A stretch of DNA of 64,000 nt from Pristiophorus japonicus (taxonomy: Eukaryota), in the NCBI RefSeq assembly GCF_044704955.1, contig NC_091982.1:146630001-146694000 (forward strand), in the 5' to 3' direction. Positions within the stretch are counted from its first letter, which is position 1. Each line of letters opens with the position of its first letter. The position numbers were made by a program, and so were the translations under genes. This document shows positions 52,308 to 64,000 of the stretch, piece by piece. Under the pieces are notes generated by a model. The model was not told where the DNA came from. It was given only the letters and a program-made list of their open reading frames with translations, and searched no databases.

Positions 52308-53170
52308 GTGTCAGCTTGGTTCAGTCTGTAGATCTCTTCTCTTGCCTCTGAGTCAGAAGATTGTGGGTTCAAACCCCAATACAAGATTTGAGCACATAAT
52401 TTACAATCATAATCAGTGTACTATTGAGGGAGTGCTGCTTTTTCAGAGGTACTGCCTTTCAGGTAAGACCAGCTCGGTTGGGCGGGCTACATTGTTCACA
52501 TGCACGACACAAGACTCCCAATGCAAGCGCTCTAGTCGGAACTCCTACATGGCAAGCAAGCCCCAGGTGGGCAGAGGAAATATTTCCTGGGCACCTTCAA
52601 AGCCTCCTTGATAAAGTGCAACTCCCCCACTCACACCTGGGAGTCCCTGGCTAAAGACCACCCTAAGTGGGGGAAGAGCATCTGGGAGGGTGCTGAGTAC
52701 CTCGAGTCTCGTTGCCGAGAGCATACAGCAGGCAGTGGAAGGAGCATGCGGCAAACCAGACTCCCCAGCCACCCATTCCTCCAACGACTGTCTGCCCCAC
52801 CTGCAACAGAGACTGTAATTCTCATATTGGACTGTTCAGTCAACTGCAAACTCACTTTTGGAGTGGAAGCAAGTCTTCCTCAATTTCGAGGGACTGCCTA
52901 TGATGATGATGAAACCTCAAACCCGGTCTGCTTGTGCAGGTGGCTATAACAAAGTCTTACTCCTGTTTCTATGTTCTCATGGCATTATTTGAAGAGCAGG
53001 GACTTACTGAGGTGCCCTGAGCAACCCTTCCCCAACCAACGACCAAAAACATTTAATTGGTCATTTGTTGCATTTGCCGTGCATGGGATCCTGCTATGTG
53101 CAAATTGGCTACACAACAGTAGTGACCACACTTGCCTTTGGGTTATAATAAGGTGGTATGTGAATGCATA
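52308..53170 (+). mobile_element. decayed Deu-SINE interrupted by an RTE 3' fragment (~52468-52910)
   Basis: SINE head, then RTE C-terminus with (TGA)n tail, then remainder of the SINE core and tail. Confidence 0.7.
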
Positions 53171-53430
53171 CTTATTCACCGGTTTGATCTTACATGTAGT
53201 GATGAAGCTGTTGGGGTTCCATTTAAAGGGCAATTGCTGTTTAGGGAGCAGGGGAACTGCTTGGGCTCAAATTTATCTTCATTGCAGCTACCAAGAACTA
53301 GTCGTCTCCTTTCAAGTGTGTGTTGCCCCATTTCAACCCCAGTGCTGTGGGAATGCTGCAGTGTTGAAAGTGCCCTCTTTTAGGTAAGAAGATCCCATCT
53401 ACCCACACAATGGAGGTAAAAGATGCTGAG

Positions 53431-53840
53431 TGTCAGCTGTGGCTCAGTGGGCAGCACTTTGCCTTGTGAGTCAGAAGGTTGTGAGTTCAAGTCCCACTCC
53501 AGAGACTTGAGCACAAAATCTACGCTGACACTCCAGTGCAGTGCTGAGGGAGTGCTGCACTGTTGTGCCGTCTTTTGGATGAGACGTTAAACCGAGGCCG
53601 CTGCTCTCGGTGAGCAGGGAAGTTATCCCTGGTATCCTGGTCAATATTTATCCCTCAACCAACATCACAGATTATCTGGTCATTATCACATTGCTGTTTG
53701 TGGGAGCTTGCTGTGCGCAAATTGGCGGTCGCGTTTCCCTACATTGCAACAGTGACTACACTCCAAAAGTACTTAATTGGCTGTAAAGCACTTTGGGTCA
53801 TCCTGAGGTTGTGAAAGATAATATATTAATGCAAATCTTT
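53431..53840 (+). mobile_element. Deu-domain SINE
   Basis: Close match to 45742-46182. Confidence 0.85.
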
Positions 53841-53979
53841 ATTTTTAAAAAAGATTTCTGGTGCTATTTCAAGAGCAGGGAGTTCTGGTGTCCTGGAAAA
53901 AACATTCCTACCCCAATCAGTACCACCAGTGGAGCATAGCATGGGAGATTTCCCACTCTACCACACACTATACATATCA

Positions 53980-54132
53980 GGCAAACCTGTTCCACCCACC
54001 CCTTCCCTCAACCACTATATGTCCCACCTGTGACAGTCTGTGACTCTCGTATTGGATTGTTCAGCCACCAAAGAACTCACTTCAGGAGTGGAAGCAAGTC
54101 TTCCTCGATTCCGAGGGACTGCCTATGATGAT
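53980..54132 (+). mobile_element. RTE 3' tail fragment
   Basis: GGAAGCAAGTCTTCCTCGATTCCGAGGGACTGCCTATGATGA terminus. Confidence 0.8.
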
Positions 54133-54659
54133 AACATATCAGGAAATGTGGTAGCTCCAGTGTGATTTACTGCCAGCAATTAAAACTGTTGGACAATCAA
54201 GGACCAGAGTGGTAATTGGCCAATGTGTCCTGGCACTCGCAGGAGGGGTGACCTGGCCATTCATTCATTTGCTGTTTGCGGGATCATGTGTGAAAACTGA
54301 TTGCACAACTGATCACATAACCTGCAACCCGTCGCTTTGAGAACTTCTTTGCGTAAGAGTCTATCTTTCAATCCCGGAACATGATCGCAGTGCGGTTGAG
54401 GATGTGTCTTGAACTCGCTGGTGATCGATAGACTGTGGGTTTGAAAGTTGTCACCGCTCCAGGAAATGACAGGAGGAGCCCAGAGAGGACTAGCCATCTG
54501 TTCTGCCCTGGAGATCTGTGCGCTCAGCTCGGACTCACTCCCCGCCCCCGCCACCAGTGCACTCAAGAGAAGCTACAAAGGGAGGGGTTCGGGTCAGCAG
54601 AGCTTCCTGGTGACACTGGCCGGAGATGAAGAAGTCTGACCGGGGGCGAACTGTTAAGA

Positions 54660-54836
54660 ATGTGTCCTGGTCGCTGTGCTCGCATCGTTGGCTTAATCCT
54701 CATCCCTCTGGCTGTCATCGCCCTCGGCGCCAGTGTCACACTGCTCTTCCCAAATGGGGAGACGGAATATCTGATGGACCAACATATCTCCTGGGAGGCC
54801 CTTTTCCTGCCCGGACTATGGGGCAGTGGATTCATG
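54660..54836 (+). CDS. TM4SF19: transmembrane 4 L six family member, coding exon 1 (probably TM4SF19)
   Basis: MCPGRCARIVGLILIPLAVIALGASVTLLFPNGETEYL...GLWGSGFM followed by a GTAAGA donor. L6-family N-terminus is clear; the paralogue call rests on the GLWG motif and on lying downstream of UBXN7 on the same strand, as I recall for human. Exon 2 was not found. Confidence 0.75.
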
Positions 54837-55584
54837 GTAAGACCATCTTCTCACTTTAACCCAAAGTGCATAGACCGTGGGGCTAGGCTCAGGGAACTGG
54901 GGAGCAGCGCTTTACAAATGGTCCATTGAGATCTCCATCGGCACAAGACAAGCCTTCTTCTCCAAGGCTTGGAGGCGTAAGGGAGTTATCAGTTCAGGGC
55001 TGTTCCCTATATTGGCTGTGCCTTGGAGAAGTTTCTTGTGCGGCAGAGTATACCAGGGTGCAATCATACCCCAGTCTGTCCTGGGAACTGGATATCCGCG
55101 TCTTTCGCCCTTCCAACTCCTTCAATCTCTGCAAAAGCAGAGCCAGCATGTGTCGAGATGAGGCTTGATATGAATCGATGATTTGACAGGAAGGTGAATG
55201 TACAGAATGACAGCTGTGACTTGGCGCACTTCTCTCAGTCAGTGTCATAATACAAAATAAACAGCGCGCCCAATGTTGATGAGTTAGGTTTCTTTCCAAA
55301 AACTGTAAACAAGCAGCTCGTTCTCCGCAATCAAACCACACATCACCCCCACATCAGTCTTACTTCACTTCAGCAAGGTGGCTTCTAACTCTTCTCCAGC
55401 ATTTCTAATCGATTTGGCACGGTGAAAGCCCTCACAGCTCTCTCTTTAACAAACCTGACTGTGGTCAAAGCCGCCGTCTTCTTTCTAAGTCTGTGTGTTT
55501 CAGATTCCTGTTGAAAAGTTTGTAATAAGATGGGTGTTATGTGTGGGGTCGGGCTGTGGGGCTACTGCCTTCTTTCACTAATAC

Positions 55585-55680
55585 AAAAGCAAGATACTGT
55601 GGATGCTGGAAATCTGGAATAAAACCAGCAAATGCTGGGAACACTCAGGCTGCAGAAAGAAGCTAAGTTAACGTTTCTGA
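55585..55680. mobile_element. Penelope-like terminal remnant
   Basis: ATACTGTGGATGCTGGAAATCTG...AATGCTGGGAACACTCAG...GTTAACGTTTC, related in reverse to 8965-9042. Confidence 0.55.
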
Positions 55681-56309
55681 CAAATCAACCTCAGTACAAC
55701 TCTGGAGTGTTAGCCTAGATTTTTGTGCTCAAATCGAGAATATGGAGAACGTAAGGACATAAGAAATAAGAGCAGGAGTAGGCCATTCGGCCCCTCGAGC
55801 CTGCTCCGCTATTCAATGAGATCATGGCTGATCATTCACCTCAACACCACCTTCCCGCACTGTTCCCATATCCCTTGAGAAGAGAGTTTACTCCAGGACA
55901 GGAAGTTAGACTCAGTAACAAGGCAAGGATTATTGTGCTGGCACATCTGCTGCTGTTGGGAATAAAATGTATGTTTAAAAATAAATGAAGGTAAAATTGA
56001 TTACATTTTGAAAAAAAAATTGCACAGCAATTGAACTTAACTAAATTAATTGGAAAATTAGAACAACTTACATAAGTTTTTAAACAATTTTAGAGCTGTG
56101 GGAATAAAGGTGAATTAATAACATTAATTGTATATCAATAGGCATCTGATTTATAGTGTTTTATATCATTTGTAGACTATAGTTTAAATAATTTGTATAC
56201 GGTGTATAATTTATACGTAGTGGGTATATTTTATATACTTAAAATATTTATATTTGAGTGAGTTTTGTTTTCCAAGTACACGAACCAACGTCAGCAGAGA
56301 GGAAGAGAG

Positions 56310-56626
56310 AGGAGTCTCGGGGCCATACAGAGGGAGGATGCGGGAGAGAGGTAGGTCTCGGGGAAGGAGGGATGAGGGAGAGAGATGGGTCTCGGGGAAG
56401 GGAGGATGCGGGAGATAGATAATCTCGGGGAAGGAGGGTTGAGGGAGAGAGATGGGTCTCGGGGAAGGAGGGATGAAGAGAGATGGGTCTCGGGGAAGGA
56501 GGGCTGAGGGAGAGATGGATCTCCGGGCAGGAGGGATGAGGGAGAGAGATGGGTCTCGGGGAAGGAGGGATGAGGGAGAGAGATGGGTCTCCGGGAAGGA
56601 GGGATGAAGAGAGATGGGTCTCGGGG
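56310..56626 (+). repeat. purine-rich minisatellite, ~30-33 bp unit GAGAGATGGGTCTCGGGGAAGGAGGGATGAG
   Basis: About ten visible tandem units. Confidence 0.92.
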
Positions 56627-57779
56627 CAGCAGTGGGGCAGGGATTGGGCAGCAGGATTGTGTGCAATCGGAGATAGGTAGAGAGACCAGGCCTAGTGGAG
56701 ACACTCGGAAAAGATGAGATCCTGCTCCTGATATGACAGTGGAGCAAGTAACCTCGTGCAAACATGTGAAGGGTTCATATCTGTTAAGAAAGTCCTTAAC
56801 TTTGGGCTGTCCTGAATCTGTAACCTTAGAGGAAGGAGGCTTGAGCAACTGTGGAATCATTCGTATACATTTATACACAGCGTCATAAACCGCCATGCAG
56901 GTTTTGCGAAAGTCTGTTGGTTTGGAGACTTCTGAAATCTTATGGTCTGGGGGCGGGGTTAGATAAAATGCCGAGCCTCCTGAGCTTCCAGCGGTGACCA
57001 TTTTGCAGCAATGCCCCACAGCGGGCATGAAGGACTTTATGTGACAATGAATCTGTGGTAGAGGAAGTTACAGAATACCAAGAAGGTACAGTAAGAGGGG
57101 GCCTGGTTATCTGAGTGCACCAAAGGTTGATAATATTGTGCCGAGCAAAGCATGAACATGCCTTTCACAGGAGCGGCACAATGTACAATTTCTCTAATTC
57201 TGTATTGTGTAGCTCTGTAGTTTTCAGTACAAGGGCTTGAATCCGAGAACTGTTAAATTTGAACAAGTATATTCTTCATGAATATTACATTGCAACAGCT
57301 ACACAAACTTGTTGTATTCCTGAAAATTAATATATTTGCCCTTTAGCCTTATGATGAGTATGTCCAATTATTTACGAGATGGGGTAAGCAGTTATGAAGT
57401 TATAATTGGATTTAGACGCTGTGTGGGTAGTACCAATTGTAAAACAATATTGCATTTCGATCACTGAATCCATCTCCCTGCTTGTTGGGCTCTGGTTGAA
57501 GTTGAAAGTGGGTTCTCAATCCTACTTGTGCAATTTATGTCTATTTGAACGAGTTCACACTTGAGCATTGCATGTGGACAATCGAAGTAAAATAAGCAAA
57601 TGTGTGGCGGAGGAATAAGCCCGATCGTTTTCAAGAAATAAAGGGAATATGCAAATAGGGCTGTAGTTTCTGGTTCTGAGATCTGAAAATGAGGGCCTAT
57701 ATGAGACGTGGCGATTCAAACATCTCATCAAATGGCCTCGAGTCCAATCAGTATCTTCAGTTCAGCGAGTGAACACACA

Positions 57780-59564
57780 GGAGCGGATTTTGTGCTCTGC
57801 GGCGAAGTGTCGGCGCTGGTGCTGACCTGGAAGAAAGTTGTCCACAAAGATCTAGCGATCTCTGCAGCATCGATTTCACCTGTCCCGACTTTAATTTGAC
57901 TCTGGCGCCCACTCGAGGAGATCTCCAGCAGCAATGATGTCATCAAGAAGGCTAAGTAACCAATCACGTTGAAGAATTAGCACAGACAGCAAACGTGGAT
58001 TGAGAACTGGTTGTCAGACAAAAGCAAAGAGTAGGAGTAAATGGGTACTTTTCAGAATGGCAGTCAGTGACTAGTGGGGTACCGCAAGGTTCTGTGCTGG
58101 GGCCCCAGCTGTTTACATTGTATATTAATGATTTAGACGAGGGGATTAAATGTAGTATCTCCAAATTTGCGGATGACACTAAGTTGGGTGGCAGTGTGAG
58201 CTGCGAGGAGGATGCTATGAGGCTGCAGAGTGACTTGGATAGGTTAGGTGAGTGGGCAAATGCATGGCAGATGAAGTATAATGTGGATAAATGTGAGGTT
58301 ATCCACTTTGGTGGTAAAAACAGAGAGACAGACTATTATCTGAATGGTGACAGATTAGGAAAAGGGAAGGTGCAACGAGACCTGGGTGTCATGGTACATC
58401 AGTCATTGAAGGTTGGCATGCAGGTACAGTAGGCGGTTAAGAAAGCAAATGGCATGTTGGCCTTCATAGCGAGGGGATTTGAGTACAGGGGCAGGGAGGT
58501 GTTGCTACAGTTGTACAGGGCCTTGGTGAGGCCACACCTGGAGTATTATGTACAGTTTTGGTCTCCTAACTTGAGGAAGGACATTCTTGCTATTGAGGGA
58601 GTGCAGCGAAGATTCACCAGACTGATTCCCGGGATGGTGGGACTGACCTATCAAGAAAGACTGGATCAACTGGGCTTGTATTCACTGGAGTTCAAAAGAG
58701 TGAGAGGGGACCTCATAGAAACGTTTAAAATTCTGACGGGTTTAGACAGGTTAGATGCAGGAAGAATGTTCCCAATGTTGGGGAAGTCCAGAACCGGGGT
58801 CACAGTCTGAGGATAAGGGCTAAGCCATTTAGGACCGAGATGAGGAGAAACTTCTTCACCCAGAGAGTGGTGAACCTGTGGAATTCTCTACCACAGAAAG
58901 TAGTTGAGGCCAATTCACTAAATATATTCAAAAGGGAGTTAGATGAAGTCCTTACTACTCGGGGGATCAAGGGGTATGGCGAGAAAGCAGGAAGGGGGTA
59001 CTGAAGTTTCATGTTCAGCCATGAACTCACTGAATGGCGGTGCAGGCTAGAAGGGCTGAATGGCCTGCTCCTGCACCTAGTTTCTATGTTTCTAAACCAG
59101 GAAGTAAAAAGCACTGATTACCCTTCACTTTTTAAATCATTTTACAGAGAGCAAAATAAAGATTGGGGCACACTCATGGGATTAAGGTAGAAGATGAACT
59201 ATCATAAACAACTTTAAAAAAATTATTTTTAAAAAATTGGAATTTTTATCATCATGGAAAAAATTGACATGACACAAATAATTTTTCAGGGCCAGAGAGT
59301 AATTGTGACTTTGTAAGCCATTACTTCACTGAACCATGCTTAACTTGTTTTTTTTAAACAGCAGTGTTACAGGTAAAAGGGGAATTTGACGTCAAATCAC
59401 TAATTCTGTGCGGACCTCCATCTGCAGGGTCGCGGAGCAGCAGGGAATCATTGACAGCAACTTCTAGATTTCCTGCTTAACTGCACATGTGCGGTTGCCA
59501 GAAGTTGCTGTCTGTTTCACAGAGTAGCGATGGGGAACACTGAGAGTTTCGCAAAATCCGGGCC
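57780..59564. mobile_element. probable MITE split by a CR1 insertion
   Basis: Imperfect TIRs GGAGCGGATTTTG...CAAAATCCGGGCC. Confidence 0.5.
57995..59093 (+). mobile_element. CR1-type LINE, young 5'-truncated copy
   Basis: [21 protein letters not shown]...KFADDTKLGG; TTTCTATGTTTCT tail; AAAC on both flanks. Confidence 0.95.
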
Positions 59565-59929
59565 GCGATGTAACAGACATTGCAGACTAAGTGGGCAGTT
59601 TTCAGGAAGTTAATGTCAGTTAAGCAACATTCAAGGTAGAAAAAAGCAGTGGGAAAAGCTACAGTGACTAAAGGAGGAACCGTCAGCTGACAAAGGGAGT
59701 GTGAAAGGCGTTGTCACATAGAAGGAGCAGTGTGCAATTGCTTAAGGATGTTATGATGAAATGGAAAGAGAAAAACAACACATTTCTTCTCAAGTGTTAT
59801 GAACTGTGCAGAAATAGCTGCCGGATCACACTTGCAGCAGTGGGCGAGTGATTTCAGAGTGCAGAGTCCACCTTAATTGTTTTCCCCTTTATTTATCCTC
59901 ATTCATTTAGCTAACGTCCATTAATAACA

Positions 59930-60393
59930 AAGACAGACTTGCATTTATATAGCGCCTTTAATGACCACCGGATGACTCAAAACACTTTACAGCCAATGAA
60001 GTACTTTTGGAGTGTAGTCACTGTTGTAATGTGGGAAACGCTGCAGCCAATTTGCACACAGCAAGCTCCTACACACAGCCATGTGATAATGATCAGATAA
60101 TCTGTTTTTGTTATGTTGATTGAGGGATAAATATTGGCCAGTACACCAGGGATAACTCCCCTGCTCTTCTTTGAAATAGAGCCATGGGATCTTTTAGGTC
60201 CACCTGAGAGGGCAGACAGGGCCTCTGTTTAACGGCTCGTCCGAAAGATGGCACCTCCAACAGTGCAGTGCTCGCTCAGCACTGCACTGGAGGGTCAGCC
60301 TAAATTTTTGAGCTCAAGTCCCTGGAGTGGGATTTGAACCCACAATCTTCTGAGTCAAAGGCGAGAGTGCTACCCATTGAGCCACAGCTGACA
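59930..60393 (-). mobile_element. Deu-domain SINE, full length
   Basis: Reverse complement of 45742-46182. Confidence 0.85.
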
Positions 60394-60439
60394 CATGACA
60401 AGGGAAAGATTCACAGAGCACACAGAAACCAGTTAAAAG

Positions 60440-61590
60440 AGCAATCAAAAGGGCTGCGAGAGACTTAGAATAAAGTGTAGCTACAAAGACAAAATATAAA
60501 TAAAATCGCTTCAGTCCTACTATAGTTGGAGAGCTGTCAGAAGAGGTTCAAACATTAAAAGATGCAAATGGATTTAAACCGAGGACTAATATTTTGAATG
60601 ATGACTTCCTTCAAGTATTCACAAGGGAAGATGTGAGCAACATGGCCTCCCCAAAACTAAAAGCATCAAGGCAGCATTTACGACATTAATATAAATGAGA
60701 TGGAATTCTTAGACAAGCTGAAAGGGCTTAAATCAAATAAATCCCTCAGTTAGATGGTATTTCTCCTAGTGTTGAGAAGTACTAGTGCAGAGATCTGCGA
60801 GGCACTGCCAATCATTGAAGGAGTCAATGGATATTGGGGAAGTACCAATGGATTGGCAACAGGCTAATGTTCAAAGAGGAACAGACACAGGCAATTCCAT
60901 CATAGGTGGTCCCTCGAACGAGGATGACTTGGTTCCACACCAAAAGGGATGAGTTTGCAGATGTTTCAATGAAGGACCCAATATTCCAGCCCTGAACTCC
61001 AGGGGTGGAAGATGCCTGTGTGTGGATTTTTTTTACGTGTGGTGACTGTTGCACATCAGCCACCACATGGGCTTGACAGAAGCCAGGCCTTTATCCAGTG
61101 GCAAGGGTTCACCAGGACGACTGGAGACCTGCTCTGCTGCATGGACCTACAGGCAACTACAGGCCCTTTAGCCTTACTTCAGTTCTGTGTAAAATGATGG
61201 AACTACTTTTCAGGAGTACAGTTGAGGATTATCTGTACAACAATCTAATGAAACATCAGGCAACGCAGCTTTAAAAAGGACAGAAAATGTCTGACCAAAC
61301 TCCTTGACTTCTTTGAGGAAGTGACAATGCAAGTGGACTCGAGGAAATTGTGTCATTTAGACTTCCCAAAAACATTTGATATATGAAAATCTACTCAATA
61401 AAACCAAAGCTGTGGGGATTAAGGGCAAAACGTGGGTAAAGATAAGAAATAAGTTAAAGGATGGAAACATGGGGTAGTGGTTAAAGGGAGGGTGTGGGGG
61501 AATACTGAGTGGGGTGTGCCAGGGTTCATGTTGGGACCACTACATTTTTAATCTACATCAATAACTTGGGTTCTGAAACTCAATGCCAAT
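60440..61590 (+). mobile_element. old, heavily decayed CR1-like LINE interrupted at ~60898-61148 by the RTE-tailed retroposon (minus strand)
   Basis: Residual motifs resembling GNYRP, CLTKLLDFFEEVT, LDFPKTFD and GVCQGSCLGP; the insert matches 6644-6988. Confidence 0.6.
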
Positions 61591-61631
61591 TGGTTAAACA
61601 TACAGATAAAACCAAACAAGGAGGGGCAATC

Positions 61632-62415
61632 AACATAAGAGCATAAGAAATAGGAGCAGGAGTAGGCCATTTGGCCCCTCGAGCCTGCTCCGCCATTTAA
61701 TAAGATCATGGCTGATCTGATCACGGACTCAGCTCCACTTCCCTGCCCGCTCCCCATAACCCTTGACTCCATTATTGTTCAAAAATCTGTCCATCTCCAC
61801 CTTAAATATATTCAATGACCCAGCCTCCACAGCTCTCTGGGGCAGAGAATTCCAAAGATTCACGACCCTCTGAGAGAAGAAATTCCTCCTCATCTCCGTA
61901 TTAAATGGGCGACCCTTTATTCTGAAACTATGCCTCCTAGTTCTAGATTCCCCACAAGGGGAAACATCCTCTCTGCATCTACCCTGTCAAGCCCCCTCAG
62001 AATCTTATACATTTCAATAAGATCTCCTCTCATTCTTCTAAACTCCAATGAGTATAGGCCCAACCTACTCAACCTTTCTTCATAAGACAATACCGTCATC
62101 TCAGGAATCAACCTCGTGAACCTTCTCTGAACTGCCTCCAATGCAAGTATATCCCTCCTTAAATAAGGAGATCAAAACTGTACGCAGTACTCCAGGTGTG
62201 GTCTCACCAACGCCCTGTACAGTTGTAGCAGGACTTCCCTATTTTTATACTCCATCCCCCTTGCAATATAGGTCAACATTCCTGATTACTTGCTGTACCT
62301 GCATGCTAACATTTTTTATTTTATGTACAAGGACCCCCAAATTCCTCTGTACCGCAGCATTTTGTAATCTCTCCCCATTTAAATAATAATTTGCTTTTTT
62401 ATTTTTCCTACCAAA
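61632..62415 (-). mobile_element. CR1-type LINE 3' fragment
   Basis: EAVQRRFTRLIPEM...RGDLIEMYKIL and 3' tail. Confidence 0.9.
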
Positions 62416-62482
62416 TGGACTCAAAGGCTGACGCCAAAGAACAGCAGGAGCCAAACAATGTAGAACAGTGTTGTTCAATACT

Positions 62483-64000
62483 ATAGAATCATAGAATGAT
62501 AGAAATTTACAGCACGGAAGGAGGCCATTTCGGCCCATCGTGTCTGCACTAGCCGACCAAGAGCTATCCAGCCTAAACCCACTTTCCAGCTCTTGGTCCA
62601 TAGTCTCATAGGTTACGGTACTTTAAGTGCACATCCAAGTATTTTTGAAATGTGGTGAGGGTTTCTGTCTCTACCACCTTTTCAGACAGTGAGTTCCAGA
62701 CCTCCACCACCCTGTGGGTGAAGAAATTTCCCCTATATCTCCTCTAAACCTCCCCCCAATTACTTTAAATCTACGTCCCCTGGTTGTTGACCCCACTGCC
62801 AAGGGAACCAGGTCCTTCCTATCCACTCTATCCAGGCCACTCGTAAATTTTACACACCTCAATCAGGTCTCCCCTCGGCCTCCTCTGTTCCAAAGAAAAC
62901 AGACCCAGCATTTCCAATCTTTCCTCATAGCCAAAATTCTCAAGTCCAGGCAACATTCTTGTAAATCTCCTCTGCACCCTTTCCAGTGCAATCACATCTT
63001 TCCTGTAATGTGGTGACCAGAACTGACACAGTACTCCAGCTGCGGCCTAACCAGTGTTTTATACAGTTCATGCATAACCTGCCTGTTCTTGTATTCCATG
63101 CCTTCTTAACCACCTTATCTACCTGGCCTGCTACCTTCAGGGATCTGTGGACCAGCACTCCAAGTTCCCTTTGTTTCTCTATACCTTTCAGTATTGTACC
63201 ATTTAATGCGTATTCCCTTGCCTTGTTAGACCTCCCCAAATGCATTACCTCACACTTCTCCGGATTGAATTCCATTTGACACTGTTCTGCCCACCTGACC
63301 AGTACATTGATATCTTCCTGCATTCTGCAGCTTTCTTCTTCATTATCAACCACACAGCCTATTTTAGTGTCATCTGCAAACTTCTTCATCATACCCCCAA
63401 CATTCAAGTCAAAGTCATTGATATGCACCACAAAAAGCAAGGGACTCAGCACTGAGCCCTGCGGAACCCCACTGGATATAGCCTTCCAGTCACAAAAACA
63501 CCCATCAACCATTACCCTTTGCTTCCTGCTTCTGAGCCAATTTTGGATCCAACTTGCCACTTTGCCCTGGATTCCATGGACATTTACTTTTGTGACCAGT
63601 CTGCCATGTGGGGCCTGATCAAAAGCTTTGCTAAAATCCATATACACTGCATCAAACGCACTACCCTCTTCGATCCTCCTTGTTACCTCCTCGACAAATT
63701 CAATCAAGTTAGTCAGACACGACCTTCCCTTTACAATTCCATGCTGACTGTCCTTGATTAATCCATGTCTTTCCAAATGAAGATTTATCCTGTCCCTCAT
63801 GATTTTTTTCAATAATTTTTCCACCACTGAGCTTAGGCTGACTGGCCTGTAATTACTTGGTCTATTCCTTTCTCCCTTTTTAAACAAAGGTACAACATTA
63901 GCAGTCCTCCAGTCTTCTGGCACCACACCTGTAGCCAGAGAGGATTGAAAAATGGTGATCAGAGCCTCTGCTATTTCCTCTTTTGCTTCTCTTAACAGCC
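62483..64000 (-). mobile_element. CR1-type LINE of a second subfamily, runs off the window
   Basis: 328-aa RT ORF ([36 protein letters not shown]) with a different 3' UTR. Confidence 0.95.

Overview
Repeat-dense vertebrate genomic DNA, most likely from a shark or other cartilaginous fish (inferred from CR1/HER1-type LINEs, Deu-domain tRNA-SINEs, RTE, L2 and Penelope remnants, and Harbinger-type MITEs). Parts of three host genes are supported: AQP12 coding exon 1 (minus strand, 6254-5648), the last four coding exons of UBXN7 (plus strand, 25223-39706), and coding exon 1 of an L6-family gene, probably TM4SF19 (plus strand, 54660-54836). Two large G/C-skewed tandem arrays and a 200-N scaffold gap lie between AQP12 and UBXN7; I could not find the 5' UBXN7 exons in the window. 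Most long ORFs in the track come from tandem repeats or decayed retroelements. I see no new multi-gene system. The strongest unusual signal is an internally deleted CR1 copy (18242-18916) carrying dense, strand-specific A-to-G changes with an ADAR-like neighbour preference, which would make it a possible fossil of an A-to-I hyper-edited RNA that retrotransposed. Also notable are a 5'-inverted RTE insertion with an 11-bp TSD and a MITE just upstream of AQP12 that carries an expanded G-rich minisatellite. Repeat boundaries were read by eye and are approximate unless a TSD or TIR is quoted.
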